A DNA stretch of 64,000 bases, taken from contig CM052817.1 of the NCBI GenBank assembly GCA_028534125.1, positions 57,042,001 to 57,106,000 on the forward strand, read 5' to 3'. The DNA is from Lama glama. Its lineage: Eukaryota. The notes under the pieces were generated by a model, which ran no database searches, was not told the origin of the DNA, and was given only the letters and a program-made list of their open reading frames with translations. Below are positions 24,453 to 37,661 of this stretch, piece by piece (position 1 is the stretch's first letter; each line of letters begins with the position of its first letter). A program made the translations under genes and the position numbers.

Positions 24453-24560
24453 GGAGGGGTGAGTATAGCTTAGTAGACTGCATGCTTAGCATGCAGAAGA
24501 TCCTGGGTTCAATCCCCAGTATCTCCACAAAAAAAACTTTTTTAATTAAAATTTAAAATT
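24453..24560 (+). mobile_element. tRNA-derived SINE (Vic-1-like)
   Basis: gtatagcttagtagactgcatgcttagcatgcagaagatcctgggttcaatccccagtatctcc followed by an A-rich tail. Confidence 0.85.
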
Positions 24561-25002
24561 AAAAATCTTGAACAAAATGTTTAAAAAAAAAAAAGAATGG
24601 GGAGGGGGTGCTGAGACTAATAAAAAGAAGCACCAATTGCCCAAATACTGACTCTCTATTGATAAACACCATGATGAGTGAATTTTTCACTTCTTTGGTG
24701 CTTTCTGCATTAGAGTTCCCCAAGGTGTATGTCTCCTGTGTTTTCTCTTTTAAAAGGGCTAAAAGAGTATTCTTAGCTTTAAGCTTTATTTTGCTTTCTT
24801 CCTGCTGGCATGATATGAGAATGCTTTTGAATACCCTTTCCTCCTCCTCCCTCAAGTGACAGTGACTAATTCATCTGGCCCTCAAACCATTATTAAAACA
24901 AATCATCCAGCATCTTCAGTTCAGAAAGCATACTCCAGCCACCTTCCTAGGGGGTTAATGCAGCTGGAAGCAGGTCCACCAAATTAAGGTGATTGTCCCT
25001 GG

Positions 25003-25340
25003 CTAGAAAACACCGAAGGACTGAACAGAGCCACTGCCATTAGTATCACTTCTCTGACAGTAGTAATTTTTACTCTGATTCTGCACGTCAGCTAGTATGC
25101 CTGGCAACCACACGACAATGAAATAATGAGATGGCAACAGCTTCTCAACCCAACCTGCAGCCCAAGCCGTGTCTCTGGGAATCCTGCGAGCTAACTTTAC
25201 CTGGCAGTTGCCTGCTTGATGCCAAGGAAGAGCGAAAAGTATTTGTCTTTTCACTACAAGATGCATTATTTTGTCTTTCCAGCACTGGTTGGGAAGGCAT
25301 TGCTGGAAATTGTGCAGTATCCCATGAGGTTTGCCCCATG
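25003..25340 (-). pseudogene. SH3-like fossil segment
   Basis: ILFALPWHQA..KL..DTAWAAGWVEKLLPSHYF. Confidence 0.45.
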
Positions 25341-25849
25341 ACTTGAGTGAAACTTCAGATGAGGGGCCTCCTCACATGCATATTCTTCATGGTAAGAAAA
25401 TAAATGTTTTCAAGAGTTTCTACTCTAATGTTTTGAATATGTAGTCTGGACAAAGCAGGAGAAATGATGGGGAATTGTGTTGGTAAGTCAATAACTTGAA
25501 AGCAGTTTACAAACTGGCAAAACATTTCTCCTCCCATATTTTCATTGACTCTAAAATTGTGACAGCAAAACTTGTTGTAATACTGAAAGCAATATCTCCT
25601 TTTTTCTAACCAAAACTGTGTCCAATAACCCTTCAGTTAAAGTGTATTTAGAATCACACTTCAGTTTTCTGGAGAAAGAAACTCATCATCCTCCCGCGAA
25701 GTAAACAGAGGGAGAATGGAGTCTTGCACATTGTTCTAAGAGGCAGGTAGGAATTAGTGGCAGAGAAAAGTTAGTACTGGCCCTGAAATACTCAAAAGAA
25801 TCTCAGTTGCTGACTTTGGATGTAGAATAATATTTACCTATCTACAGTA

Positions 25850-26260
25850 TTATAATTCCTTGGTAATTATAGCTGACCTTGCAGCTTGGCTCACTTGCTA
25901 TATTTTCTGATTGGTCCACTTCCCTAACTTCTGATTGGTCCATTTGTAATACTTCATTTGCAAGGAGCTCACTCCTGATTGGTTATTTCTCTCACTCCTG
26001 ATTGGTCTGTTTCTGCAGAGCTTGTTCCTGGTTGGTCAATGTCTGTTGTACTTTATTTGCACATGATGTTGCAAAGTGTAAAACTGGCAGCCTATAAAAG
26101 GCCTGTGTAAACCTACAGACAGGGCCAGAGCTTGAAGTGTTAACTCCTCTGGGCCTGCTGGTGTAATAAACCTGAGTTCTCCAACTCTCCAGGTGCTGCT
26201 TTGTCTCTCGCCCAGATCCAGGTTGCTGTAACACTGAGCTGTAAAACCGAGCTGTAATAC
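25850..26260 (+). mobile_element. Solo ERV LTR
   Basis: Tandem ctgattgg (CCAAT) boxes, cctataaaag TATA at ~26092, aataaa at 26165, end ..taataca. Confidence 0.7.
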
Positions 26261-26279
26261 ATTTTTCCACACCACCACC

Positions 26280-26600
26280 AGCCATTTTTCCTCATTCCCT
26301 CTTCTTCCTGAATCAAATGAGTTTCCTTGTATAAAGTTATGGCAACCATCTTGCAATCATGAAGCAACAAGCACAAAGATGAAAGCCAGTACACTAGTGA
26401 TATTACAGTGGAAAGACAGAAAAAGAAGACTTGGGTATCTTGTGACATCACTGAGCAGCTGAACCAAAGCCAGAAACTATAATTCTGGAGTTTTTGTTAT
26501 GGTAAAAAAAAAAAAACACACATACACTCATTTGTTTAAGCCACCTTTAGTTGGGTATGCTGATACGTGCAGCCAAATACATTCCTAGTTAATCCCATAA
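26280..26600 (+). mobile_element. MLT1 LTR fragment
   Basis: ggcaaccatcttg..tgacatcactgagcagctgaacc..gtttaagccac..tgcagccaaa. Confidence 0.7.
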
Positions 26601-26849
26601 GCACAGCCAAAGGTTTCCACATTTGCAAAGACCAATCTCACTTGTAGATGAATTACTGTAAGTCAATGCTTATGAAATTCTGGAGTCTGGAACTTGAGAA
26701 ATAAGTAAGTTCTGTTATGCCCAATTCTCATCAAATCAAAGACCCTGAATTAGGAGGGCATAGCAAAATGTGAATGGCTAGCTCCCTCTATTATTCCCAT
26801 CCTTCCTTCAGCTGAAGCATCACTGGTTCTGGAGATTTGAGATAGAAAG

Positions 26850-28640
26850 CAAAGAAAAAATTCTTAGGGAATAGCCCTCTTTGTCTGATACATTCTCTAC
26901 ATCCAGATGTCTATGAGGCCAGAATATCTTTCTTGAGCTAGAGATTCTGATAAAGATGTACCTAAAGTTCAATCAAACACCGCCAATATTTACCCATTCT
27001 TGGAAGGACTAGAGATTGTGAGCTATCACGTTATACCCTGGAAATAAGCTCCTTGCTTTGGAGCTAAGTAAAACACCTAGAATTTTCTATTTGGTGGAGG
27101 GCAAATGAGTATATTAGAAAGGGAAAATCTGGCACTTAGCAGCAAGATTCATTGGTGACATTTTCATTTGGTTGTTACAGCAAGAAAATCCACAGCCAGT
27201 GACTGTCAAATCCCAACGCAGAGGAGTTAACAGGCTCCAGTAGTTGACAGAGAATGCATTTTTACCCTCATGAAAGAGAACAAAACAGGGTAAGGGGTAC
27301 AGAAAGTTCAGTACTGACCAAATCTAATTCCTCTTGACACTCATGGTTATAAAATCCGGGGCAAATGTACATATTAGCCACTAAAAAAACACAGACTTAA
27401 AAGAATGGGGAAAAGTCAAAAAGTGCTGAAAGGAGTCCTAGAACTATACATTCACCCTCTTTTCACTCCACTTCAACTTCTGCTTTCCACCTTTGCCAAG
27501 TCTTTTCAAATGAGTGCTATAAGAAATGTAATTTATGTAAATAGAATCCATTATGCAAATACTTCCAACTTGCTTGCTACTTAGAAATTGTGTTCTTTTA
27601 TGTTTAAGAAACATAGCCTTTATCCCCTAGAATAGACAGATTGGTTATGTTTATGTGCTTAAAGCCTTCTGCTACTGTTCCTGGGCTTTGAGGAAAAGTC
27701 ATCTTTTATCTTAAAAAATGTTTTGCCTTGCCTCCCATCCCCTTCTATACAAATAGCTTCTTTGTTTAATTTGGTGGTTTGCATAATAGCTTAATGATTG
27801 CAGTGGTTTAACAGAACCTTAGTGAGAAGGGTAGGATACAGAGACAAATGTGCAGATTATACCCTCTACACCACAGGGGATCTGTTGTTTCCTTGGGTTA
27901 GTATGAAACTGAGTAATTCAATTAATTCAAGAGATCTCTGCAAGCTTTATTCCCTGATCTGTTTTAGTCATATTTCCAAATATGAACTTGATAAAATTCT
28001 TGTTTGGAGTCATAAATAGAGAAAAGTACATGCTCTCTGTGTTCATATTCTCTGCACATTTTAAAATTGCAGGCCAAATTATAACAAAATGTAAGAAAGT
28101 ATGCTCCACTCTACACATGAAAATATTTAAAATGCTTTTTCTTCTAACATAAACTGTATTTCATAATTTTATTTATATGAATGCACATAATGCATAAAGT
28201 ATGATAAAAAGAAAAGAAAAAGGCATAGTGTCCCAAAATAAAAGAATGTAAGAGAATATGATTGGCTTTAACAAATGAACTTTGCAACAAATGAATTATG
28301 AACTTAAAACTTTCCTGCCACCCTGAAGAAACACATTTTTCAAAATGACGAGTCACTGCAACCAAACTGCAAGCTTCAAGTCATTTAAAAATACTGCTGT
28401 TTTAATCAAAGAGAACACAACATACTATAACCTCCAATTTGACTGATGTTTATTTTGCTACTTGCTGACCAACCCAATCCAACCAGCCATGATTTAATCC
28501 CATTCACTCTTGGACTATTCAGAATAAATTCCCTTGTTTCATTTAGACTAATCATTTCATCAGAACATCTTGCTTTCAGACACTGCTCTGTGTTTTGCTT
28601 GCTATTTATAAATATCTGATGACCTAATACTTTGTGGCTG
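26850..28640 (-). pseudogene. Cluster of SH3-like fossil exons
   Basis: QRGLFPKNF (~26860), FDSHWLW (~27200), MYICPGFYNHECQEELDL (27380), DPLWCRGYNL (~27870), SSGWQE..FVKANHI (~28300), MKQGNLF..HGWL (~28500). Confidence 0.55.
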
Positions 28641-28679
28641 TGAAAGTGAAACTGATATGTTTCTGGTAGTTTTCTTCAA

Positions 28680-29490
28680 GTTCAACAAATATTTATTGAC
28701 TAAGTGACAGTCTTTGTTCTAGGCTCTGGGACTGCAACAGTAACCAAGAAAGCCAAAATCCCTGCTCTCATGAAGCATATGGTCTGGTGAGAGAAGACAA
28801 ACAATAAATTCATAAATAAGTAGGTGATCAAGATGATTCCAGACATGGATAATGCTCTGAAAAATAAAGTGTACAATGAGATAGATTGAGCAGGGGATGG
28901 GAGGAGGTTACGGTCAAAGAAAACCTCTCTGATAAGGGGACAATGAAATGAAACGTAAGTCCTAAGGAGAGGTAGTCACATGAAGATCTGAGGGAAGATT
29001 AATTCAGGCAGGGCAGACAGCGGGAACAAAGGCCTTGAGCTAGGAACAAACTTTCCCTGTTTAGATACAAGGAAGAAAAGCCACTGTGGCCAAAATCCAG
29101 GGGGTGCGGGGAGGGGACAGGAGAAGGTGCAATCAGCAAGGAAATCTGGAACAAATCACTTAGGGCCTCTGGGGTCTAGAAAGGACTTAAGATTTCATCT
29201 TGATGTAACTAGGAAGCCATTTGGGGTTCTAAGCAACGAGTGATATGATCTCAATTATACTTTGAGCCCATTACTCTGGATGCTGAATGAAGAAACAGAA
29301 TGGAGGGTGTGGAGAGTAGAAGCAAGGGGAATAATTAGGAAGACTTCTATATTGTTCCAGGTGAGAAATTATGTTGTCTTCAACTAACATCTGAACTATA
29401 GATTTGGTAAGGAGTAGTGAAATGCAGGATATATTTTAGAAGCAGAGCTTACAGATTTGATGATTGGTAATAGGATGTAGGTTATAAGGA
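28680..29490 (-). mobile_element. L2 LINE fragment
   Basis: ttcaacaaatatttattga..ctaggctctggg..cctgctctcatgaagc..ggaagccatt..tgatatgatc..ccaggtgaga. Confidence 0.85.
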
Positions 29491-30195
29491 AAACGTCTTC
29501 TATTGAGACATTTCTTTTCTCCTTAGTGGCATTTCCTCTCATGCAACCATATTGATCTTTACAAATAAACTAGGTCAACATAAAACTTTATACCTTAATG
29601 TCAGTTTCTGTTTTTGATTAAAATTATACCAACTTATAAGACCATTTGTGGGGGAACAACTTAATACATTTATTTTGATATGAAAAGTCTTTAAAACATA
29701 TAGATTATAAATGGAGGAGTCTTAATAAGAGCAGTGATTTGTGGTGAATAGTTTTAGAATCACTACAAAAACACATGTGAAATTTCTGAAGTTAGACACC
29801 CTCTGTCTGACTTGTTTTCAAGCTTATGCAAGCACATCAGAAAGGGGGTGGTCACAATTCAACACTTACCAGCAATTTATCTTAGGGTTGGTGAGTTAAT
29901 CAAATGTTTCCTGTGGACGTAGTTTTTCAAGAGGGAGAAGGGAAAGAGAAGATGAACCAAGAGCTCCTGAGGGTAAGATAAGAAATGCCTACCATGGTAG
30001 AAAGTGTAAAACATTAGAGCAGAAAAAGAAATTCTAAAAATGAGATTCATCTGTAATGCCATCCCACTCAAGGCCTAAGTACAGCAGGGAGAAAGGGAGG
30101 AGGCAAGCTCAATGGTAAGGCCAACATTTAGGAATAGATGGGATTTTCATACACTGTTGTTTTTTGTTTTGTTTTGGTTTGGTTTTTTTACTCAC

Positions 30196-30512
30196 CCAGG
30201 AGCCAGGCATGGGGTTTAGACAGGAGCAGCCCTACCCAGGGTCAAGTCCAGGTTCCCAGGAGAGGTGCCAAGGGTTTGACTTTGGCTACAGGTGCTGCTG
30301 TGAATGTTCAAAGTCAACAGCAGCAGCAGCAGCTCAGGATCAGAACACAGGGTGGGTCTCCAGCTCTTCAGTGTCCAAAGTGTGCCATCCACTTTCCCCA
30401 GCACCAATGATGGCAGTGAAGAAAAATGGTCTCAAGCACTCTCATCACACCCAGACATTCTGGTGGCCTACCGTGTACCCAAGCTTAAAAGAGATGTGGA
30501 GAGAATAAGCCT
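30196..30512 (-). pseudogene. Fossil SH3 exon (317 nt)
   Basis: tttcag|AG..TGG|gtgagt. A single frame reads ISFKLG..GESGWH..AAVDFEH..HLSWEPG..GSW. Confidence 0.55.
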
Positions 30513-32189
30513 CTGAAACGTTATTTCTTTTTAATGTCTTGCTGGTAGCATCTTGTTTCTTGCCTAACTCTCCTGATTTTATACTTAAAAGCAATTGTCT
30601 CCACATTCCTCTTCAGTGAGCACTCTAGTTTCCAATTTATATGACATTTCTATTTATGTTATCAGGTCATTATGCAGCTTTTTGTTCAGCTAATTTGGCT
30701 TCTTCTCACCCTTCCTATTTTTCTTACATAAAAAGGTTATATTCTCCTTTCTTAGGCTAATTTTCAACTATAATATTATTCTTCCTTTATGTTGAATTAT
30801 TAAAAACTTTCATGCCAGTTGGAAAATATTAACACAGGAAAACAAATGCAGCAAACAAATCTAAGGCAGTTTCTACAACACAAAACAGAGACACGGGTAA
30901 AGGCTCTGGGGGTCAATTCAATCTGCAAGTATTAATAAAGCAAACAACTGTTGATTGTTTTATTTCTGAATCTTTCTTTCTGAATTTTAAATATAAAAGT
31001 CTAACCACATTATAGGAAAAATGGGAAAAAAGAAAAGAGAGAATCACCTTTAATCTCATGCCCTAAACCATTACTGTTTCTGAGTATTATGCTCTTTTAC
31101 TTCTTTATGGTTTGGCTCTTGTTCTTGTTATTTTGAAAATAATATGGTTAGGAGTGAATTCAGCCATTTGGGTTTTACTGAGAAGGGTTTAAGTGTAAAG
31201 TCTCAGAAAATATTTCCTGTAGTGGTAGTAAATTATTTAACCATTATTAGATGCCAGAATGTGCTAGAGATGACACAAAGAACATTAAGGTAGATGGAAT
31301 CATATTTATTCAGTCAGCATTCAGCTTAAATTAAACTAACAAATCAGAAAGTAAAAATTATGGGGAAAGGAAGCCCAATATATACTGGATAGCAGGAAAG
31401 TGTATGTCATAGTCAGTCATTTCCAGAGGATCCAAAGCAGTATGAAAAGACTTTTCCAGGGTAGAAATGGTTTGAAAATAAACACCAAAGTAGACAGGAG
31501 AAAAATAACTTGACAAGTTCACCCACGAGATGTGCACAAAGACATATTATTCATGCATAATGTAAATACTTCATTTTTTCAATACTTGTACAGTTGTCTG
31601 CGTGTCTATTTTTTTTACAACTGTCTGTGTCACATGTCATCTATCTTAGATGGTTAGCTCTTAAAGCAGTGATCTCCAACCTATGAGAATTGAAAATCCC
31701 TATTGTTTGCTATATGACAAGTGCCATACCCAATCTCTCCTTGACCAAAAAAAAAAAGGGGGGAGGAGGATTAGAGAGCTTGAAATTACGAGAACTTTGA
31801 TTTTATGTAAATTAAAACTCTTCTGATTTAGAAAAATTTTACAATTTCAGCTGAGATAACCAAGGATTTCTCCTACATTATGCCCATTATGTGTTATAAA
31901 ACCACAGTTGCCACTGTCTCTGGGGAAAGGTATGTCTAACAAAATCTTTCTTTCTAAATTTTACACATAAAATGAATAGAACTGTATTATAGTAGTCGTG
32001 GGGAAAAAAAGATTAAAAAATTCCCATAATCTCATGATCTAAAATAATTAGAACTGGTTTTGAATATTTTGCTTTTACTTCTTCATGGTTTAGCTTTTGT
32101 TCTTACATTATTTTTAACATTATATAGGAAATATATTATTATAAGCTCATTGTTTAAAAAAATTAACAATACAAAAATGTCTAAAGAGT

Positions 32190-32740
32190 AATAAATGAAA
32201 GTCTTCATTATTACCCTACCTCATTTCCATTGTGCCCCTTCCCTGAGGTCAGAACCATTAACATCTCAGTATATGATATTATCCAATTTATTCTTCTGAT
32301 GTATATATCTATATCTATATCTATATCTATATCTATATCTGTATCTATATATCAATCTCCATGTGTTTAAACTCTACAAAAATAGTTTTTTTAATAAAAT
32401 CAGGTTATACTGTATACATTATTTAGCAACTGCATTTTTTTTTAACTTAACAATGTATTTTGAAACTTTTTCCATGCTGGCATATCATTCTTTTAATTGG
32501 CTACATAATATTTCATCACAGTAAAATCAAAAATTAATTTAAATACATCCTACTGCTAGATATCTAGGCTGTTGCTACTTTTTGCTTTAAAACCAGTGTT
32601 ACTACAAACAACATATATATTGTAGATACATCTTTGTGCACATTCTGCATAGAACAGATACCTAGAAGTAAAAGTAACAGGTCAGTGAATTTTTTAAATT
32701 ACAATAAATACTACCACATAACCTTATAAACCTAACTTTT
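32190..32740 (-). mobile_element. Old L1 (L1ME-like) fragment with (TATATC)n at 32302-32352
   Basis: ttaacttaacaatgtattttgaaactttttccatg..ctaggctgtt..cctagaagt. Confidence 0.7.
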
Positions 32741-34009
32741 TTTAATATTATGTTTCCTAAAAATTATGTTTCCTGCCCTTTTCACAGTTGCATAAGATTG
32801 CGCACACAGATAAAGAACACTTTAACCTTTTTCTGCTGTTAAATTTTATGAGGATTCTAGTTTTCCACCAAAATGAAAAAAATGCTGTGTTGAAATTCTT
32901 TGGGAATATGGGTTTTCAATGTTTATATAATGATTTCTTAGCATGGTTAATCATTCATGCATACTTTTGAATTTCTTTCCAATTTTACTGTACTATTTTA
33001 ATTTGTACTACTTAAACTTAAGTGACCCTAAGGAGGTTGAACGTTTTTTCTACATGTATGTTTTCTAGAACTCTTCTTTTATATGTTATATCTATGGGGT
33101 CTTTGCCCATTTATTAAGAATATGAATGCTTTAATAATCAAACTATTAACTTCATACTTTATTATATTCTCTGCTTTCAAATAGTTTCTCTAGGTTGCTC
33201 TGTTTGATTTTATTTAGACTACATACTTTTTCATTGCTACAATGCAATAATAAAACAATAGTAATTAACGTTTTGGAATATTTACTCTGTGCCAGCCATA
33301 CTAGAAATTTGCTGATAAGGGAAATAAGAATTTTATCATATTAAATCTATAGGTCTTTTTCTTATAGTTTCTTTTCTCATTTCAAATCAGAGAAAGTTAA
33401 TCTTTTTCAGAGTTTTAACAAATATTCAATTCTAATTCCCTTTACCCATAAATATTTGTCTTTCTAAACTCTCTGGATTTATCTTGATCCGTAGCATGAG
33501 GCATCACATGGATTTTTTTTTCCCCAAAATTGTTAGCTTCTTTTCAAATCACCTATCACAACAATGTACTAATAGAATCAGAATAAATACATGAAAGTAA
33601 TGATAATAATAAGAATAAGAAAGGAAGAAGAATATACAGCTGTGTTTGAAATAGGTCCAAAAAGGGGACAGAATATGACAAAATAAACAGAACAGACTGC
33701 AGAAATTTATCTACATACCTGATGTAAATTCTGTTACTGATTATCATACTTCTATTACTTAGCATTGATATTGCTCTATTAACATTCATGATTTTTGAAG
33801 TAGTGAGTATGGTAAGAAAATCAATATACTTTTAAAAATCACAAGGGCTCTCCTGGTAAACTAGTTTTCCCAAAACAATTGTAAGCTCCTTGGGAACTTG
33901 ATCTGTGTTTTATTTCTTTTAAACTCCCTACATGGCCCAGAACTCAATACAGGGCTAGCTGTTAAGCATTAAGTAAATACTGATTAATAAGTGTAATGCA
34001 GATTTCACT

Positions 34010-34350
34010 ATTTCCTTCCATAAAAATGTCTGGCACCTATGATGAGGCAGACACTGCTGTAGATGCTGGGTAGTCAGTAGCCACAACACAAGAGCAGTCT
34101 CTGCTCTCATGGAATCTGCATTCTTGTAGGGTAGATTGTATTACTCAAATAAATTGTAATTACTAATTATAAATAGTCTGAAGGGAAAAATACAAGGTGG
34201 GGTGGAAGAGGTGTCAAAGAAAGCTTCCCTGAAGAAATGACATTTGAAATGCGATCCAAAGCACGAGTAAGAGTTGACTAGTGAAGGGGGAGATGGGGTG
34301 ACCAGGCAGAGGGAAGAGTTTATACAAAAGCCTTGATTCACTTAGAAGCA
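34010..34350 (-). mobile_element. L2 fragment
   Basis: gcacctatgatgaggcagacactg..ctctgctctcatggaa..tcaaagaaagcttccctgaagaaatgacattt. Confidence 0.75.
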
Positions 34351-34479
34351 CATCTTTCAAATGATCATCACAGTGAATCCAAAAGGAAGTCAGGAAAAAG
34401 CAATGGAGAAAGTGTGGAAGAGGCATGGAGTAAGAATGAAAAATGATACAACTCTACAATATCAAAGAAATTAGCTAAA

Positions 34480-35070
34480 AAGCAAAGAGTTTATAACTAG
34501 TTGTTCTGTCCAAAATATACCAAGAAACTGCCTCATCTGCGTTCTTACTCTAAAGAGGCTGCCCCAGCCCCTGTCTTCAGTAGCTTTAGCCACTCTGGAA
34601 TCACAGGCTACCTGTATGTCTTGCCAATGATGAGCATACCTTATTGTTCCCCCAGGGCCTGCTAGCAACATGGGTGGTGGTAATGTAATGTCTTAAGCTC
34701 GGCAACATAGAGGACTTTCTGAGAGAGCTGTAGAGAGTTAATACCTTTTTCCAAATTTTACCAACCCCTCGCCCATTCTGCATGTCTACCTCTAGCACCA
34801 TGACAACACATATTCAAAACAAACAGGGAAATTATTTTTGCCTTTTACACAGGAAAGAGGGAAAGAATGAACTAAAAAGAAAGTACTTGCACACCTCATG
34901 GAAGATTCTTATCTCCAGAGGTGATGCTTGTATCTCTGCATTGTCTTATAGGCTCTGGGCATGGGTTGCCACATAGCACCTCCCCAGGAGCACTGAGAAA
35001 GTCTGTGGATTCAGGAGCTCCTGGGAAGTTGGTATCCTTAGATTCCAAGTATTCTTCCTCATGGCCAATG
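34480..35070 (-). pseudogene. SH3-like fossil segments
   Basis: TNFPGAPESTDFLSAPGEVL; PLCCRA..GPGGTI..EDRGWG..LGIFWTEQLV. Confidence 0.4.
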
Positions 35071-36124
35071 TCAATCAACAAAATAATGTGAATTATCTAA
35101 CTATTATATATTTATCACCAGGTGGCTCTCTTTATAGATGAGAAAAATGAGGGATATTAGAGAGAACTTATAGCAATGATCAGGAAGAAAAATGTAAAAG
35201 GAAAGACAGGCCATGGAAGGCTGAAGCCGTATCACCACACCATTCAAATATCCTGCTTTTCAGCCCTACCCTCAATAGTAGTTAGGGTGAGGGGTAGTTG
35301 TTTCCATTGTATTAAAATATCAGTTGCTTTGGCTTGTCAAAGTCTAAAATGAAATAATCTCTCAAAGTTTCTTATGCATGTAACACTCAAATTACATTTC
35401 TTGTTGTGAAAATCAAGACAACTTTTCTGTGCCCTTTTTTCAGCTGTAATAAAAGCCTTTTTTCAGTGCAAAGATAGATGGAAATCCCTTCTCACAGAGG
35501 TGGCGTACCATCACGCAAGCACACTTTCATTGGAGTGGCATCCTTAGTCCCCGGCGGGGTGTTCAGTGTCAGAGGCTCCAGGCTTGATCAACATCCTACA
35601 CATTTTCTTGACAGATGGATATCTTTGGCACCTCAGTTAGTAAACAACAGCACCAATACCCATGATTACTTCCTCATCTCTCCTGCCAAGCTATAAGAAA
35701 GAGTCTTCTTTTGCCTTAAAAAAAATGTACATTGGTTCTTATTTTAAAATTTTTGCTGTTCTAAGATAGACCCTAAAGAGACCACATTCAAGTTTTGATT
35801 CTTAATGCACTTGCTTTGATGAACATTTTATAGAAAACTTCCATAGAAGACATGAAATCCATTAAGAAGGAAATAGTGCTGTTTTGGATTTGCAAGTTGT
35901 TCTAAGGATCACTGAGCAGAGTTGGGACCCAACCCTTACCAGGCTCAGAAGCAGAGCCAGCCAAAAATGCCAGCATCTCTGCCTTCAAGACACTCAAGGA
36001 TCCCAGGTCAAGACTGTTACCTAAAGAAGGGCCTATCATAATTATTGGGGGAAATTTTTCAAACCACTCATCTGCCCCCCCAAGATGATCCAGATGTACT
36101 CCTCTCCCCAGTTAAGAACCACAG

Positions 36125-36725
36125 AGGTAGAAGGGTGGTTTAGTACTTAACAGCCAGTATGGTCTGAATAACAATTGGAGCTTCTCATTATCTGTGTGAT
36201 TTCAGATAAAGTTCACAGCCTTTCTTTACCTCAGTTCCTCATCTGTAAAATAGAATATCGATACCTTATGGGGTTATCACTAGATTAAATTAGATGTGCA
36301 TCATTCCTGGTCCATCATAAGTACTCCACAAATGCTATTTCTCTCTACGTTTTCTAAGAAATAAGAAAGCCTGGGTGTCAGACAATACCGACTAGTTGTT
36401 CTTGATAGGATACCAAGTTAACATTGTTCTCTTAAAACCTCATGTCTTTTGACACAACAAATACTTCCATATTCAAGTCATACTTTTCTTTTTTTTCTTT
36501 TTTTTAAGGAAAAAATGGACAGTGAGGAAAAGGAAGAGATCATGGGACAAAGAAAAGCAGGAAGACAAAGAGAAATAAATTTTCTTGGGCTAAGATATGG
36601 TGGATACCTTCCAGATATCTGTATCATTTAATTGTTCCCATTCTCATGAGAGACAGATCTTACTATCCTTGGTTTAGAGATGAAGAAACTGAGACTCACA
36701 GAGGTTAAGTGACTGACCAGACTCA
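36125..36725. mobile_element. Two MIR elements (+ at 36125-36340, - at 36590-36725)
   Basis: cctcagttcctcatctgtaaaatag; agatgaagaaactgagactcacagaggttaagtgact. Confidence 0.8.
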
Positions 36726-37485
36726 GAACTAAAGCATATCAGAACTCACTCATCTTCCCTCCAAAACCTTTCAGTACCTTCTACACTAAGCGTGATGCCT
36801 TGTCTTCTTCGCCCATTTAACTGTTCCCCTTTTCCCTTCCCTGCTGGTCATTGCTGTTTGTTTGTTTCCTACCGACATTCAACTGGTATCAACAATCTAT
36901 TTCCTAAAATAACCTGAGAAACATTTGCATTACTTGAAGGAAAAAATCCATCTAAGCAAGATAATGAATATTACAATTCCGCTATTACTAATATTGTTGC
37001 TAAGGACTCAGGGGATCTACAGTAAAGAGAGTTAAGGGAAATAAATCAACAAAGAATGTAACAAGTGTTGTTTTGCCTGTCAAGTATTAATAAGGTATAT
37101 GGAGATCCATCCTAATAAAGTTGTTTTCCTTGAGCAGATTATTGATGTGATCCAAATATTGAAAATCAATGTTACATATGTCCATACTTTCAAAATATTT
37201 GATTCACTGGCTCATTAGCACATTTAGTACAAGATGTTTGGCAGCATGATTGATTACTTACAATACATATGAATATATAAAATTATGGTAAAAAATAAGC
37301 TTTGGGACTTACTGATAAATTTGCTTTTCAAGGAGTTCTTACAATATTCTTGTCAGTCTCCAGGAAAAAGCCTACAGCAAAAAAGTGATCTGACCTTTGA
37401 CATGTAAATATCTTTTTGCTTTACAAAGAACGTCAAGAAGCTTCTAAAATAAGGCTGTGGTATCAGTGACAGGGCAGAGAAAACT

Positions 37486-37661
37486 TCAGGGACAGAGAAC
37501 TTCATGGACAAAATCCACATGCCACCAAAGCACCCAGAAAATACCTGGAAGATCAGTCCCCTCTCTCTCAACTGCATTGCTACTTGGGGATGTTATGCTG
37601 AAGAGCCACCATCCCCAGGGAAGGAGTTCCCACTGGAGGCCTCTTGAGTACATCCAATTAA
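37486..37661 (-). pseudogene. SH3-like fossil exon
   Basis: Acceptor ttttctctgtactctag|. Reads ELLPWGWWLFSI..EREGTDLPG. Confidence 0.45.
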
